In this document: positions 9,371 through 19,751 of the stretch, piece after piece | How the letters are laid out: each line of letters opens with the position of its first letter | Numbering within the stretch: the first letter of the stretch is position 1 | IMG/VR virus record: IMGVR_UViG_3300024327_000003 | Coordinates: 10,682 to 74,681 of that record | Direction: 5' to 3' (one strand) | DNA length: 64,000 bases | From: a virus | The notes under the pieces: generated by a model | What the model saw: only the letters and a program-made list of their open reading frames with translations | Database searches by the model: none | Told to the model about the DNA's origin: nothing | Translations under genes and position numbers: made by a program

Positions 9371-10377
9371 CCCACACTAATTCTGTATATTCTGAAAATA
9401 TTTCTTTATTGGATTACGTTACGTATCCCCAATACGTACATGTCGTTAATAACGGTGGAGGACCCCTGGTTAAAAAGGGAATTAAAACAGCGTGCGAAGA
9501 ACTGGTTAACTACGTATTACAAGGTAAACATGGAGCTACTCCAGGAACTTTTGAATTTTTACGCAAGTGCACGGAGTCAGAATTCAATAAAGTAGGCCTT
9601 ATATTGGCTGCCGGGGGTACGCATTGGATGGGGCATTTAACTAGCGTTAAATGGTCAGATCAATATCCTACCTATAAAATACCGGTAATGGCTGAAACGC
9701 AGATCTACGCCGGCTCAATAGCTAATAAGATCGGAGAATTTGAATATATCTCTACCGACGCCACAAGCTGCATCAGTGGACATTCCGCTTGGTACACAGC
9801 CCGTAACCTCATGAAAGTAGGGGCTTTAGATACAGTTGTTATTATCAGCGTGGATGACGGTATTTCAGAAGACTATTTGTCGATATTTGGAGAATTTGGG
9901 TTATCTAAACTAGTCGACGAAGAGAATAACCCAGCTATTACTAAGTTTAGGTGCGGCCAGGCCTGTAATATATCGGTATTTGAGACTGGGTATTCTGCCT
10001 GGAATAACGAACATAAAGTTATTGCCCGGATTGAGGATATGTATATTGGTGCCGAATCGCATAATACGCCTTTAGGTATATCAGCTTCTGGATCCGGATA
10101 CCGTAAAGTGATAGATAGGGTGTATACTGATAAGATTGATTTTGTTAAAACTCACAGTACTTTCTCCGAGGATAACAAAATAGAGGAAATCCTTATTAAA
10201 GAATTATTTGGGGATATTAAGACAGTGAATTATAAACTACGTATCGGTCACACTATGGGGGCATCTACAGCTGTTGAAACTGCATTAGCTATCCAGGAAG
10301 AATCTGGCACGTTTTTAAGTTTAGGCGCCGGCATGGGTAATGTATTTTCATCTGCAGTGGTGAAAATTGAATCATGA
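9361..10377 (+). CDS. beta-ketoacyl-ACP synthase-like (FabB/FabF fold), compact
   Basis: DATSC137ISG, KTH265STFS, KLRIGH297TMGAS and C-terminal SLGAGMGN give an intact Cys-His-His triad. Confidence 0.8.
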   Translation: MLLTHTNSVYSENISLLDYVTYPQYVHVVNNGGGPLVKKGIKTACEELVNYVLQGKHGATPGTFEFLRKCTESEFNKVGLILAAGGTHWMGHLTSVKWSDQYPTYKIPVMAETQIYAGSIANKIGEFEYISTDATSCISGHSAWYTARNLMKVGALDTVVIISVDDGISEDYLSIFGEFGLSKLVDEENNPAITKFRCGQACNISVFETGYSAWNNEHKVIARIEDMYIGAESHNTPLGISASGSGYRKVIDRVYTDKIDFVKTHSTFSEDNKIEEILIKELFGDIKTVNYKLRIGHTMGASTAVETALAIQEESGTFLSLGAGMGNVFSSAVVKIES

Positions 10378-10772
10378 TGTTTTCTCACGTTAATTTAATC
10401 CAAGAAGGCGAATCTGCACTGTTTTATAGGTTTTCCCGGGAATTGCACGGTTACATGATAGCCGGCATATTCATTGCTCCGGATCTAGCTTCTAAAATGA
10501 ATTTTGCTAAGATTTGGAAATACTTCGTATCTTCGGTGGTTCAGGCAGACGATATCTATTGCTCTATTCTTTTAGGAACACAGAACTCAATGTTTAGTAA
10601 TTATTTAGATTATCATGATACAATCAATGGGCTTAAGATATATAAAGTTGATAATTATCTTAAAGAACAATACAGTAGTTATGACATGCAAGCGAAGCGA
10701 GCTAAGAAGAGGCGCGATATAGTACATATGACAAACCCTAAAAAATCCATTAAAGAGAGTATAAATCCATGA
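10374..10772 (+). CDS. hypothetical protein, possible GNAT-like acyltransferase
   Basis: ATGA overlaps with both KAS and portal; beta-beta-beta-alpha-beta pattern judged by eye; function inferred only. Confidence 0.4.
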   Translation: MMFSHVNLIQEGESALFYRFSRELHGYMIAGIFIAPDLASKMNFAKIWKYFVSSVVQADDIYCSILLGTQNSMFSNYLDYHDTINGLKIYKVDNYLKEQYSSYDMQAKRAKKRRDIVHMTNPKKSIKESINP

Positions 10773-12850
10773 GTGACGAAGATGTTGGATTTGAAATAGA
10801 TTTAATAGATACAGATGCGAGTACTCTAGTGGATTGGGAAAATCCACCTAGTCTTGCAGATCTTAAAGCAGATTTGGAATCCGCTCAAACTGCTCATAGT
10901 ATTCATACTCTGGAAGTAGATAATTGGATAAGAGTACTTGAAGGCAAACAAACTATTAACGCTAAGCGAGGTCGATCTAAATTAGTACCTAAGCTAGCGC
11001 GTAAGCAAGCTGAATGGCGTTACGCAGCATTATCAGAACCCTTCTTGTCTACCGACGACGTATTTAACACTTCCCCTGCTACCTTTGAAGATAAAGAGAA
11101 AGCCGAACAAAACGGCATGGTATTGAATTATCAGCTCAATTGCCGTATGGATAAGATTGGCTTTATAGATAATTATATTAGGACTGCAGTAGATGAAGGT
11201 ACTGTAATAGTGCGTGTTGGTTGGGAATTCGAAAAGGGCATACGTACGGTTTACGAAGACGTATTCGAAGATCGATTAATGCAGGACCCTCAAACAGGAC
11301 AACCTGCCTTGGATCCGTCTGGTGCGCCGCTATTAGAAAGGGTTAAAACTGGCCAAACAGAATCAGAACAAGAAATAACTATTAAAAACCAACCTGTATT
11401 AACAGTCTGCGATTATAATAATTTAGTATTAGATCCCACCTGCGAAGGCGACATAGATAAAGCCAGCTTTGCTATTTACAGCTTTGAAACCTCATTATCC
11501 GAACTTAAGAAAGACGGTCGGTATAAGAATTTAGATCAAGTTAATTTCGAGAATGCTTCGGTATTAGCTGAAGCTGATCATAAAGTTAAAACTGACGATA
11601 CTTCGTTTACTTTTAAAGATAAAGCTCGTAGGAAGGTAGTTGCTCGGGAATACTGGGGATTCTGGGATATTGACGATACCGGAGAGGTTAAGCCATTTGT
11701 CGCCACCTGGGTAGGGAAGACTTTTATTCGATTAGAAGAGAACCCCTTTCCGGATAAGAAATTACCCTTTGTATTAGTTCAGTATTTGCCCCGACGTCGA
11801 AATGTCTATGGTGAACCTGATTCAGCTCTTATTGAAGATAACCAGAAGATCGTAGGAGCAGTAACGCGAGGAATCATTGATATCATTGGGCGTAGTGCGA
11901 GTGGGCAACAGGGCATCCGAAAGGATGCGCTGGATGTTACCAATGCAAGGAAATTTGAGCGGGGTGAAGATTTTAAATTTAATGCAAATGTGGATCCTAA
12001 AGTGGCATTTTACATGGAGACATACCCGGAAATTCCTCGTTCTGCCATAGAAGTAATCCAGATGCAGAATAACGATGCAGAGGCTTTAACAGGCGTTAAG
12101 GCCTTCACACAAGGTATTTCTGGCCAGGCCCTGGGAGTTACAGCAACTGGTATTAGATCAGCCTTAGATGCTACTTCCAAGCGGGAATTAGGTATCTTAC
12201 GCCGGCTGTCCAATGGAATGACTCGAATTGGCCGTAAAATCATCTCTATGAATTCAGAATGGTTGGAAGACGAAGAAATCATTCGTATTACCAACGAACA
12301 ATTAGTAGAGATCGATCGTAATGATTTAGGCGGTAAATACGATATTAAGCTTAATATTTCAACAGCTGAAGCAGATGAACAAAAAGCCAGCGAATTAGCA
12401 TTTATGTTACAAACTGTAGGCAATAATATGCCTATTGAAATGACTCAGATGATTTTGTCAGATATTGCTAAATTGCGTAAAATGCCTGAGTTAGCTAAAC
12501 AAGTTCAGGAATACCAGCCTCAACCAGATCCTATAGCCCAGGAAAAAGCTCAATTAGAAGTAGAATTACTACGAGCTCAAATAAGCAATGAGATCGCTAA
12601 AGGACGCGAGAATGAAGTAGATGTGGGTCTCAAGACAGCTAAAACTGCAACTGAAGAAGCTAAAGCACGGCAGATGCATAGCGATTCTGATAACAAAGAT
12701 CTTGATTTTGTTGAGAAAGAATCTGGAGTAGCTAACCTTCGAGATCAGGATGCTGCTGAAACAAAACATGCTCAAGATATGGAAGGTAAAGAGCATGATA
12801 GATTATCTGCTCTTGACAAAGAAGCATTCAGTGCGTTAAATAAAGGATAG
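10769..12850 (+). CDS. portal protein (N4 gp59-like)
   Basis: W.N.P...DLK.DL, GRSKLVPKLARKQAEWRYAALSEPFLS, ALTGVKAF.QGISG, RSALDA.SKRE.GILRRL. Confidence 0.92.
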   Translation: MSDEDVGFEIDLIDTDASTLVDWENPPSLADLKADLESAQTAHSIHTLEVDNWIRVLEGKQTINAKRGRSKLVPKLARKQAEWRYAALSEPFLSTDDVFNTSPATFEDKEKAEQNGMVLNYQLNCRMDKIGFIDNYIRTAVDEGTVIVRVGWEFEKGIRTVYEDVFEDRLMQDPQTGQPALDPSGAPLLERVKTGQTESEQEITIKNQPVLTVCDYNNLVLDPTCEGDIDKASFAIYSFETSLSELKKDGRYKNLDQVNFENASVLAEADHKVKTDDTSFTFKDKARRKVVAREYWGFWDIDDTGEVKPFVATWVGKTFIRLEENPFPDKKLPFVLVQYLPRRRNVYGEPDSALIEDNQKIVGAVTRGIIDIIGRSASGQQGIRKDALDVTNARKFERGEDFKFNANVDPKVAFYMETYPEIPRSAIEVIQMQNNDAEALTGVKAFTQGISGQALGVTATGIRSALDATSKRELGILRRLSNGMTRIGRKIISMNSEWLEDEEIIRITNEQLVEIDRNDLGGKYDIKLNISTAEADEQKASELAFMLQTVGNNMPIEMTQMILSDIAKLRKMPELAKQVQEYQPQPDPIAQEKAQLEVELLRAQISNEIAKGRENEVDVGLKTAKTATEEAKARQMHSDSDNKDLDFVEKESGVANLRDQDAAETKHAQDMEGKEHDRLSALDKEAFSALNKG

Positions 12851-12890
12851 AGGTTTAATAACTAGTTAATTTAACCATAAGGAAAATACT

Positions 12891-13229
12891 ATGCAGCCCA
12901 TTGAACAAATTGAAGTTGATATCGAGACAGCCGAAAAAGCACAAGCATTACGAGATCAATGTGTTAAATTACTTGATAACGAACATTTTAAAGTAATTAT
13001 TGAAGAAGAGTATTTTCAAAAAGAAGCTGCTAGATTAACAATGGCTAAAAGTTCTGATCTTAATGATCAACAAATGCGAAATATTGAAAATATGATGTAT
13101 GGGGTTGGTTCATTACGTAATTTTCTTAGCGCTATTATGATTCGCGGTGCTCAAATGGATCAGTCTCTTAAACAAGACGAAGAAACTCGTGAAGAGATGT
13201 TAGCTGAGGAGATTGAAAACCATGGCTGA
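12891..13229 (+). CDS. N4 gp58-like conserved protein
   Basis: Position between portal and scaffold; FK.II.E.YF..EAARL motif. Confidence 0.7.
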   Translation: MQPIEQIEVDIETAEKAQALRDQCVKLLDNEHFKVIIEEEYFQKEAARLTMAKSSDLNDQQMRNIENMMYGVGSLRNFLSAIMIRGAQMDQSLKQDEETREEMLAEEIENHG

Positions 13230-14406
13230 AGCTACAGAAACTCCAGGAACTTCTCTAGGAATATCTGACGAAGAGTTTTTAAAACAAGATCATAGTGAGT
13301 TTTTGTCTGATCCTGTTATTCCGAAAACAGATGAAAAACCTGAAGATAAAGAAATTGAATCATCGGATCAAACCGATGAGGACGATAAAGAAGCATCCTC
13401 TGATAAAGAGGATAGTGAAGCACAGGAGCACACTGAAACTACCGCCGACAAGGAAGAAGTAGCCGACACTAATGAGGATACTCAACAGACGGATGAAACT
13501 TCTGAGGATAGTGATGATTCAGAATCTCTCGATACTGGTAAGAAAGACTCAACTGACACGAAAGGGGATACCCAGGATACAAAAGAGTTTGATTACAAAA
13601 GTGCATTTGAAAAGGTAACTAGTCCTTTCAAAGCCAATGGCACTAAAATGCAGGTTAAGAATCCTGAAGATATTCAGCGTCTCATGCAAATGGGCGCTAA
13701 TTATCAGAAGAAGATGGCTTCACTGAAGCCACATCTTAAGACAATTAAGATGCTTGAGAATAACGATTTACTTGATGAGGCTAAACTTCATCAATTAATC
13801 GATATTCATAAAAAAGACCCTAAAGCAATTGCCAAGCTTATTGAAGAAAGTGGAATAGACCCTTTAGATATCAATACGGATGACCAATCGGAGTATAAGC
13901 CGAAAGATTATTCGGTTAGTGACAAAGAATACAATTTAGATCAAGTACTGGAAGAGATCAAAGATACTGAAACTTTTAGTAGAACGATTGATGTTTTAAC
14001 TAAAGAATGGGATCAGAAAAGCAAAAATGTTATTTCAGATAACCCAAACTTTATTACTATTATCAATCAGCATATGGGTAATGGAGTCTTTGATAAAGTT
14101 AATTCAGTAATGCAGCAAGATAAAGCACTTGGTAAATTAAGAGGTGTTTCTGATGCTGATGCATATGGTCAGATTCTTGAAGATATGCATAAAAAAGGTA
14201 TTCTTAAGCACACCGATGATGATAAATCGTCATCTGAAAAGGTATCGAGCGAATCTGAAGACAAATCACAAGCTAATGCTGAACGTGATAAAAAACGTAA
14301 AGCTGCGGCGCTGGGTAAGCAAAGTACTTCAAAGAAAGAAGCAGCCGTTAAGAATTTTTTAAACTTATCGGATGAAGATTTTTTAAAACAAAATGCTCCC
14401 GGATAA
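13222..14406 (+). CDS. scaffolding protein (N4 gp57-like)
   Basis: Acidic N-terminus, PFKANG...LMQMGANY.KKM..LKP; SDE[E/D]FLKQ at both ends; likely start ATG 13222 after GAGGAG. Confidence 0.8.
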   Translation: MAEATETPGTSLGISDEEFLKQDHSEFLSDPVIPKTDEKPEDKEIESSDQTDEDDKEASSDKEDSEAQEHTETTADKEEVADTNEDTQQTDETSEDSDDSESLDTGKKDSTDTKGDTQDTKEFDYKSAFEKVTSPFKANGTKMQVKNPEDIQRLMQMGANYQKKMASLKPHLKTIKMLENNDLLDEAKLHQLIDIHKKDPKAIAKLIEESGIDPLDINTDDQSEYKPKDYSVSDKEYNLDQVLEEIKDTETFSRTIDVLTKEWDQKSKNVISDNPNFITIINQHMGNGVFDKVNSVMQQDKALGKLRGVSDADAYGQILEDMHKKGILKHTDDDKSSSEKVSSESEDKSQANAERDKKRKAAALGKQSTSKKEAAVKNFLNLSDEDFLKQNAPG

Positions 14407-14429
14407 TTTTATAACTCGAGAGAATTATC

Positions 14430-15728
14430 ATGGCTAACGAAAATGCATATAACAGTCCCACCGCAACCGATGCGGGGACTGCATCAGATATAGGCTTACA
14501 GGCCCGTACTGATTATTACTATAAAAAAGCGCTTATTGCGGTTCGCGATAAGCAGTGGTTTATGCCCCTGGCTGACGTACGAGCAATGCCGAAGCACATG
14601 GGTAAGAAAATCAAGCAGGATGTTTATGTTCCTCTGCTTGATGTACTGAATACCGGCGACCAGGGTATCAACGCTGACGGTGTTGTTATTCTTGCTGATG
14701 GAGAATGGTCTTCATGGGATTCTTCTGGCGTAGTTACCGGTGTTTCAGATGCTTCTGAAGCAGCTGCTTTGGCTGCTGCTGGAGCTGGCGGTACATTCGC
14801 TATCAATGACCAGAACTTGTACGGTTCTTCTAAAGATACCGGTACGATTACTTCTAAAATTCCAGCATTAACTGAGAATGGCGGACGAGTTAACCGTGTT
14901 GGTTTCACACGTACGCAAATTACTGGTGATCTGTATAAACGTGGTTTCTTCACTGAGTATACTCAGGAATCAATGGACTTCGATTCTGATGCAGAATTGC
15001 TGTCTCATATTACTGAGGAAGCTCTTGTTGGTGCCAATGAGCTGACTGAAGCCGAGCTTCAGGCAGATCTTATTACCAATGCTACAGCAAACGGTACTGC
15101 CTATTACATGGGAGGAACAACCAAGGTCACAGTTGACGAAGTTGTTACATATACCGATCTGATGAATCTTTCTATTGCTTTGGATAACAATAAGACCCCA
15201 AAACAGACGAAGATTATCAGCGGTTCCCGTTTGATCGATACGAAAACCATTAATGGTGGTCGTGTTATGTATATCGGTTCTGAATTGATCCCGGTTATTA
15301 AAGCTATGGTTGATCTACATAGTAACCCTGCATTCGTCTCTGTTGAGAAGTATGCTTCGGCCGGTAATATTCTAAATGGTGAGATCGGTACTGTTGATCA
15401 GTTCCGTCTGATCGTAGTTCCGGAAATGCAGTTTGCCGAGTATGGTGGAGCAGCTTCTGCTGATGTTGGCGGTACGGGTGCTTTGACAGATGCAGACATC
15501 TATCCAATGCTGGTTGTTGGTGATGGTGCCTTCACGACTATCGGTTTTCAGACTGATGGTAAATCTGTTAAGTTTGTTATTAATCACAAACCGCCTGGCA
15601 AAGATATTGCTGCGCTGACTGACCCATATGGTGAAGTAGGGTTCTACTCTATCAAATGGTATTATGGTTTCATGGCCTTGCGCCCTGAACGTCTTGGTAT
15701 TATTTGGACTGCCCTAACTGCAGTATAA
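14430..15728 (+). CDS. major capsid protein (N4 gp56 family)
   Basis: MPKHMGKKIK...YVPLLD, LTENGGRVNRVGFTR, GEIG.VDQFR, DPYGEVGFYSIKWYYG. Confidence 0.95.
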   Translation: MANENAYNSPTATDAGTASDIGLQARTDYYYKKALIAVRDKQWFMPLADVRAMPKHMGKKIKQDVYVPLLDVLNTGDQGINADGVVILADGEWSSWDSSGVVTGVSDASEAAALAAAGAGGTFAINDQNLYGSSKDTGTITSKIPALTENGGRVNRVGFTRTQITGDLYKRGFFTEYTQESMDFDSDAELLSHITEEALVGANELTEAELQADLITNATANGTAYYMGGTTKVTVDEVVTYTDLMNLSIALDNNKTPKQTKIISGSRLIDTKTINGGRVMYIGSELIPVIKAMVDLHSNPAFVSVEKYASAGNILNGEIGTVDQFRLIVVPEMQFAEYGGAASADVGGTGALTDADIYPMLVVGDGAFTTIGFQTDGKSVKFVINHKPPGKDIAALTDPYGEVGFYSIKWYYGFMALRPERLGIIWTALTAV

Positions 15729-15742
15729 ATAATATAAATTGT

Positions 15743-15781
15743 TTCCTCGGGAGCCTTCCAAGCTCCCGGGGAATACTTTTC
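15743..15781 (+). terminator. Rho-independent terminator after the capsid gene
   Basis: TTCCTCGGGAGC / GCTCCCGGGGAA stem (one G-U) followed by TACTTTT. Confidence 0.7.
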
Positions 15782-15797
15782 ATAAGGAAAATAAAGC

Positions 15798-16451
15798 ATG
15801 AATGATACAACTGGAAAAACAGGTGGCGAAATGAAACAAATAGCTGTTAAAGATATGGATGCTGGAGAAATACGTAAAGAACTTGCACAAAATAAAGTTA
15901 CGTTGCATCACAAAACAGGCATAGAAAAGCTTATATCGACTCTTATTGCAGTCCGTACTGGCAATTACCAGGCTCCGGCACCTACAGAATCTGCGCCTAA
16001 AGCGCCTTCAAGTATTCCTAAACCGGTACCAGAAAAATTTGTAAAGCCTACTGCAGCTGCATTAGCAGCCAAAAAAGAACATGAAACACTGACTCGGGAA
16101 CAGCGAGCAATGAAACTCACACGAGTTATAGTTACTCCTAATGATCCCAATATGTCTTCGTATCCCGGGCTTATTTTTACAGTGGGTAGTTCTAAAGTAA
16201 ATAACGGTCGTATGATTAAGAAATTCGTGCCTTTTAATAAAGAATCAGGTTGGCATGTTCCCCAAATTATTTTAGATACTATTGAAAATGCTGAAATGCA
16301 GAAATTTAAAACTGTTAAATTGCCAGATGGTAATAAAACTTCACAGGCATATATAACCAAGAAATTTAATGTTCAAGTATTGGACCCGCTTACGAACGAA
16401 GAAATGCAGGCTCTTGCTGCATCTCAGCGAGCTGTTGGAGGGCTTGGTTAA
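15798..16451 (+). CDS. N4 gp55-like protein
   Basis: Synteny; AMKL.RV...DP....G.IFTVG...KKFVPF...GWHVP..I...KFNV.VLDPLT.EE..LA..Q. Confidence 0.8.
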   Translation: MNDTTGKTGGEMKQIAVKDMDAGEIRKELAQNKVTLHHKTGIEKLISTLIAVRTGNYQAPAPTESAPKAPSSIPKPVPEKFVKPTAAALAAKKEHETLTREQRAMKLTRVIVTPNDPNMSSYPGLIFTVGSSKVNNGRMIKKFVPFNKESGWHVPQIILDTIENAEMQKFKTVKLPDGNKTSQAYITKKFNVQVLDPLTNEEMQALAASQRAVGGLG

Positions 16452-16976
16452 ATGGCAGCATTAACTATTACAGACTTAACTGATAATATAGCTACCAGTG
16501 CTGCATTTGTCGTAACCGGTGACGGTGTATTTGACGATATGATGGAAACTGTTAATGCGCATTTTGATGCGCAGTTTCAGTTAAATCGTATTACTAATAC
16601 TGATTTTGGACAAATATATGCAGAAGCAGTAGCTGCTGTATTAGCTCAAGCTGTTGCATATACAATCGGAGTTCAAAAAGGCAATGCTGAAGAAACTTTG
16701 TTATTTCAAAAAGAAGTAACTGAGTTTGCTCAGACTGGTCAAACAACGTTAGTTGCTCCAACTGCTGGCAGTATTCAAGGAGCCGCTGCTCTATTATCGG
16801 TTGAGCAAGCTAAAGGCTTTCTTTGGAATGCTGATCAGAAATATCTTAAAACTATCCTGGATGCCTGGGCTATTAATATCTCTACATCCGGCGTAGCAGC
16901 TACTGGTGTAGATGCCATTAACGAAGTAGGTGCCGGTAACATTAACACCCAAATATCTAACGCTGAGCCAACTTAA
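16452..16976 (+). CDS. N4 gp54-like structural protein
   Basis: G.GVFD.MM..VNAH...QF...RIT..D...Y motif; synteny. Confidence 0.75.
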   Translation: MAALTITDLTDNIATSAAFVVTGDGVFDDMMETVNAHFDAQFQLNRITNTDFGQIYAEAVAAVLAQAVAYTIGVQKGNAEETLLFQKEVTEFAQTGQTTLVAPTAGSIQGAAALLSVEQAKGFLWNADQKYLKTILDAWAINISTSGVAATGVDAINEVGAGNINTQISNAEPT

Positions 16977-16988
16977 TAAGGCTGTGTA

Positions 16989-19748
16989 ATGGGCTTTATA
17001 TCTAGTATTTTTACAGCCGTTATTACGATTGTTGTCGCGGTTATAATATTCATTGTTGATGCTGTTGTCGCAATAGTAGAAGCAATTGTTCAATTAATCA
17101 TGATACTCCTCGGTTGGGAGCCAGAAGGCCAAACCGTGGAGTATTTTGAAGTACGTAACATCCCACTCTTCGAAGATACTGATAGGCAAAATCCTCTATT
17201 AAGCGCAATTCTTTCCAGTATTTTAAATAATACAGATCTCTCTACAGGTATTGTTTACTCTCAGACATTTACAAGTCTCAAAGGAGATTTTCGTGACTTC
17301 ATGGCATTTATTGATGATGGAGATTATTTTGAATCATTTCCTACAGTAGAATCTTTTATCTTAATCCCAGATTATGATGAAGTAAATGCGGCATTGCTAA
17401 CTCTTACTGGGGTTACTTGCACGGCAGAATCAATTCGATTAAATGCGTTAACTTTTATAGATTGGATTAAATATTGGCTTCAAGAAAATAAAGATTATGA
17501 TGTTGGAGAAAATAGATTAGGATTAGAATTTACAGAAGATTTTACTGCTCCTGCTACCCCAGCAGCCACTACTAATACTTTTTTACATACGCTAACTATT
17601 ACAGATGAAGTAGCCACAGAAGATACAATGCAAGTCAATGCAGAAACCCCTGTTAGTACTTCTCCAATTACGCCTGCAGCCACAGTAGTTGTTAAGACAA
17701 TTGCATTAACTACAGCAGATGAAGCAGCTACTGAAGACGAAATGACTGTAGAATCCCGGTGGCAAGTAGATTTTAGCGAGATTACTTATAACTCCGGTCC
17801 TGATGATTACACGATTGATGTTTTTAATGATGATGGGGATACGGCTACTCTTGGGTATACAGCACCTGCTATTCCTACTCAATTGCATTATATCGTACTT
17901 TACTACAAGAATAGTGACCCAACTCGACAATACATATTTATATATCAAGTAGGTGAAGGTACATATGTTGATTTAGATACTGTTGAGACTCCTATCGATA
18001 TTGCCGGCAATACGCTACAAACAGTACCCGCTATTCCTCTTCGAATCAGCAATTCTAATTACACTACTTTTGGTGCATCCAAAGAAGCAGCGATCGATGA
18101 TATATGTGACTTAGTTAATTTAGATGCAGAAGCTATTCTTGATGAAGTTTTAAATGACCCGGATGCAGATCCTGGAGATATAGATAACGTTTATATTAAT
18201 TTTGGAATCCGGTTGAGAGATACTTCTCAGGTAGGCATAACATATTTATTTAATATGTTTGAGAACTTGTTTCCATCACAGGGTACAACTCAAGCTGATT
18301 ATGATGCTGCTTCTCCTGGAGACGATAAACCTCAGAATAATATCATTACGGAAACAGATGACAATAAACTGGTTTTCCAGTGGTCTTATATTACGTTCGA
18401 ACACACTACTTTAGCAGCAATTGATGCTGCCCCGGGTAGCGATGAATACGCAGTATATTATTCAGATGCATCGAAATTCAATGCCTCTAATCTCCTAGTT
18501 TCCCCTTACTACATTTCTTCAGCTAAAACTACGTACAATGTAGGTTTTAAAGCAGGTACATTAACTGAAGTAGCAGATTTCTTAACAGGTAGCGGAACAG
18601 TTAATTCAGGTACTGTATCTGCTGAAGCTACTAATTGGCTACAAGTAACTGAAAGGCTTAGCTATAATAACCCTACTCCTGTATTAAAAGATCCAGATAA
18701 TACCACCAGTGCTTTATTATTTTTAACTCCAGATCAGGTATACGAGAATAACGGATCCGGAGTATTACGATTAGTGAATTCAGCAGCTGAAGAAACTACC
18801 GTAGGGCAAGCAATTACCTATTACTGCGCTGATGAGGACGGATTAGACGCCTATACTGTTGTCGCACCTATTGCTGCCATGAGAGTAATTGATGGGGACT
18901 CAGGCGTGTTCAGGACCGTTAAATTCAATCTGGGAGATGAGCTGGATTTAATGGCTCCAATGATCCATACTTTTGTTAAAGATCTGCCCAATTTTGCTGT
19001 TACCGAAGTATTCTTAGATGGAGCTCATGTTTCTATCTATATAGCTCATTATGAAGTTATTCAGCCGGCTAGCATGAGTTTTCTTACGGCATTAGTTCTG
19101 CTTATAATTATTATAGTTATAATTTATTTTGCTTGGGCAGCAGCTCCAGAATTAATAGCAGGAATTCAAGGAACATTCAGTGCCCTGGTTGCAGGCCAAG
19201 TTACGCTACTTCAAGTACTTCAAGCAGCTATTGTGCCTTTACTGAAGAAATTATTAATCAATTTTGCTGTTCAATTAATTATTACAGAAGTAGCTAAAGA
19301 AAATGAAGAATTAGCTCTAATATTGTCTGTAGCAGCCATTTGGTATTTTGCTGAAGGCAGTGGTGTAGAGGGACAATTTACCAATATTGACTTTGCTGGA
19401 TATGCTCTAGATGTCTTAAATTCATATAATACTGTGCAGGAAGTAGCAATCCAAGAAGATTATCAAAAGCTCGAAGAAGAGATAAACGAGCATGAGAAGT
19501 GGTTTAGAGATCAATTAGATGCTCTAGCCGCAATAGACGAAAGCATTGCTGTAGGATATGAGCGTATTAAACGGCCAGAACAAACCGGATCATTAAACCT
19601 ATTTGCTAGTAGACTTCAACATAGCGGAAGGTATATGAGCTCGGAAGCTTATATTGACCTGGCTACGAGTTATAATACTCTTGACCCTTTAATGTATGAT
19701 TATGATAAGAAAATGTTAACTCAGATAACAAATATAGCGCCTATATAA
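16989..19748 (+). CDS. N4 gp53-like structural/ejection protein with hydrophobic termini
   Basis: Synteny; P..PLR, DIDN.Y..FG motifs; hydrophobic N-terminus and C-terminal TM segments. Confidence 0.7.
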   Translation: MGFISSIFTAVITIVVAVIIFIVDAVVAIVEAIVQLIMILLGWEPEGQTVEYFEVRNIPLFEDTDRQNPLLSAILSSILNNTDLSTGIVYSQTFTSLKGDFRDFMAFIDDGDYFESFPTVESFILIPDYDEVNAALLTLTGVTCTAESIRLNALTFIDWIKYWLQENKDYDVGENRLGLEFTEDFTAPATPAATTNTFLHTLTITDEVATEDTMQVNAETPVSTSPITPAATVVVKTIALTTADEAATEDEMTVESRWQVDFSEITYNSGPDDYTIDVFNDDGDTATLGYTAPAIPTQLHYIVLYYKNSDPTRQYIFIYQVGEGTYVDLDTVETPIDIAGNTLQTVPAIPLRISNSNYTTFGASKEAAIDDICDLVNLDAEAILDEVLNDPDADPGDIDNVYINFGIRLRDTSQVGITYLFNMFENLFPSQGTTQADYDAASPGDDKPQNNIITETDDNKLVFQWSYITFEHTTLAAIDAAPGSDEYAVYYSDASKFNASNLLVSPYYISSAKTTYNVGFKAGTLTEVADFLTGSGTVNSGTVSAEATNWLQVTERLSYNNPTPVLKDPDNTTSALLFLTPDQVYENNGSGVLRLVNSAAEETTVGQAITYYCADEDGLDAYTVVAPIAAMRVIDGDSGVFRTVKFNLGDELDLMAPMIHTFVKDLPNFAVTEVFLDGAHVSIYIAHYEVIQPASMSFLTALVLLIIIIVIIYFAWAAAPELIAGIQGTFSALVAGQVTLLQVLQAAIVPLLKKLLINFAVQLIITEVAKENEELALILSVAAIWYFAEGSGVEGQFTNIDFAGYALDVLNSYNTVQEVAIQEDYQKLEEEINEHEKWFRDQLDALAAIDESIAVGYERIKRPEQTGSLNLFASRLQHSGRYMSSEAYIDLATSYNTLDPLMYDYDKKMLTQITNIAPI

Positions 19749-19751
19749 AAA

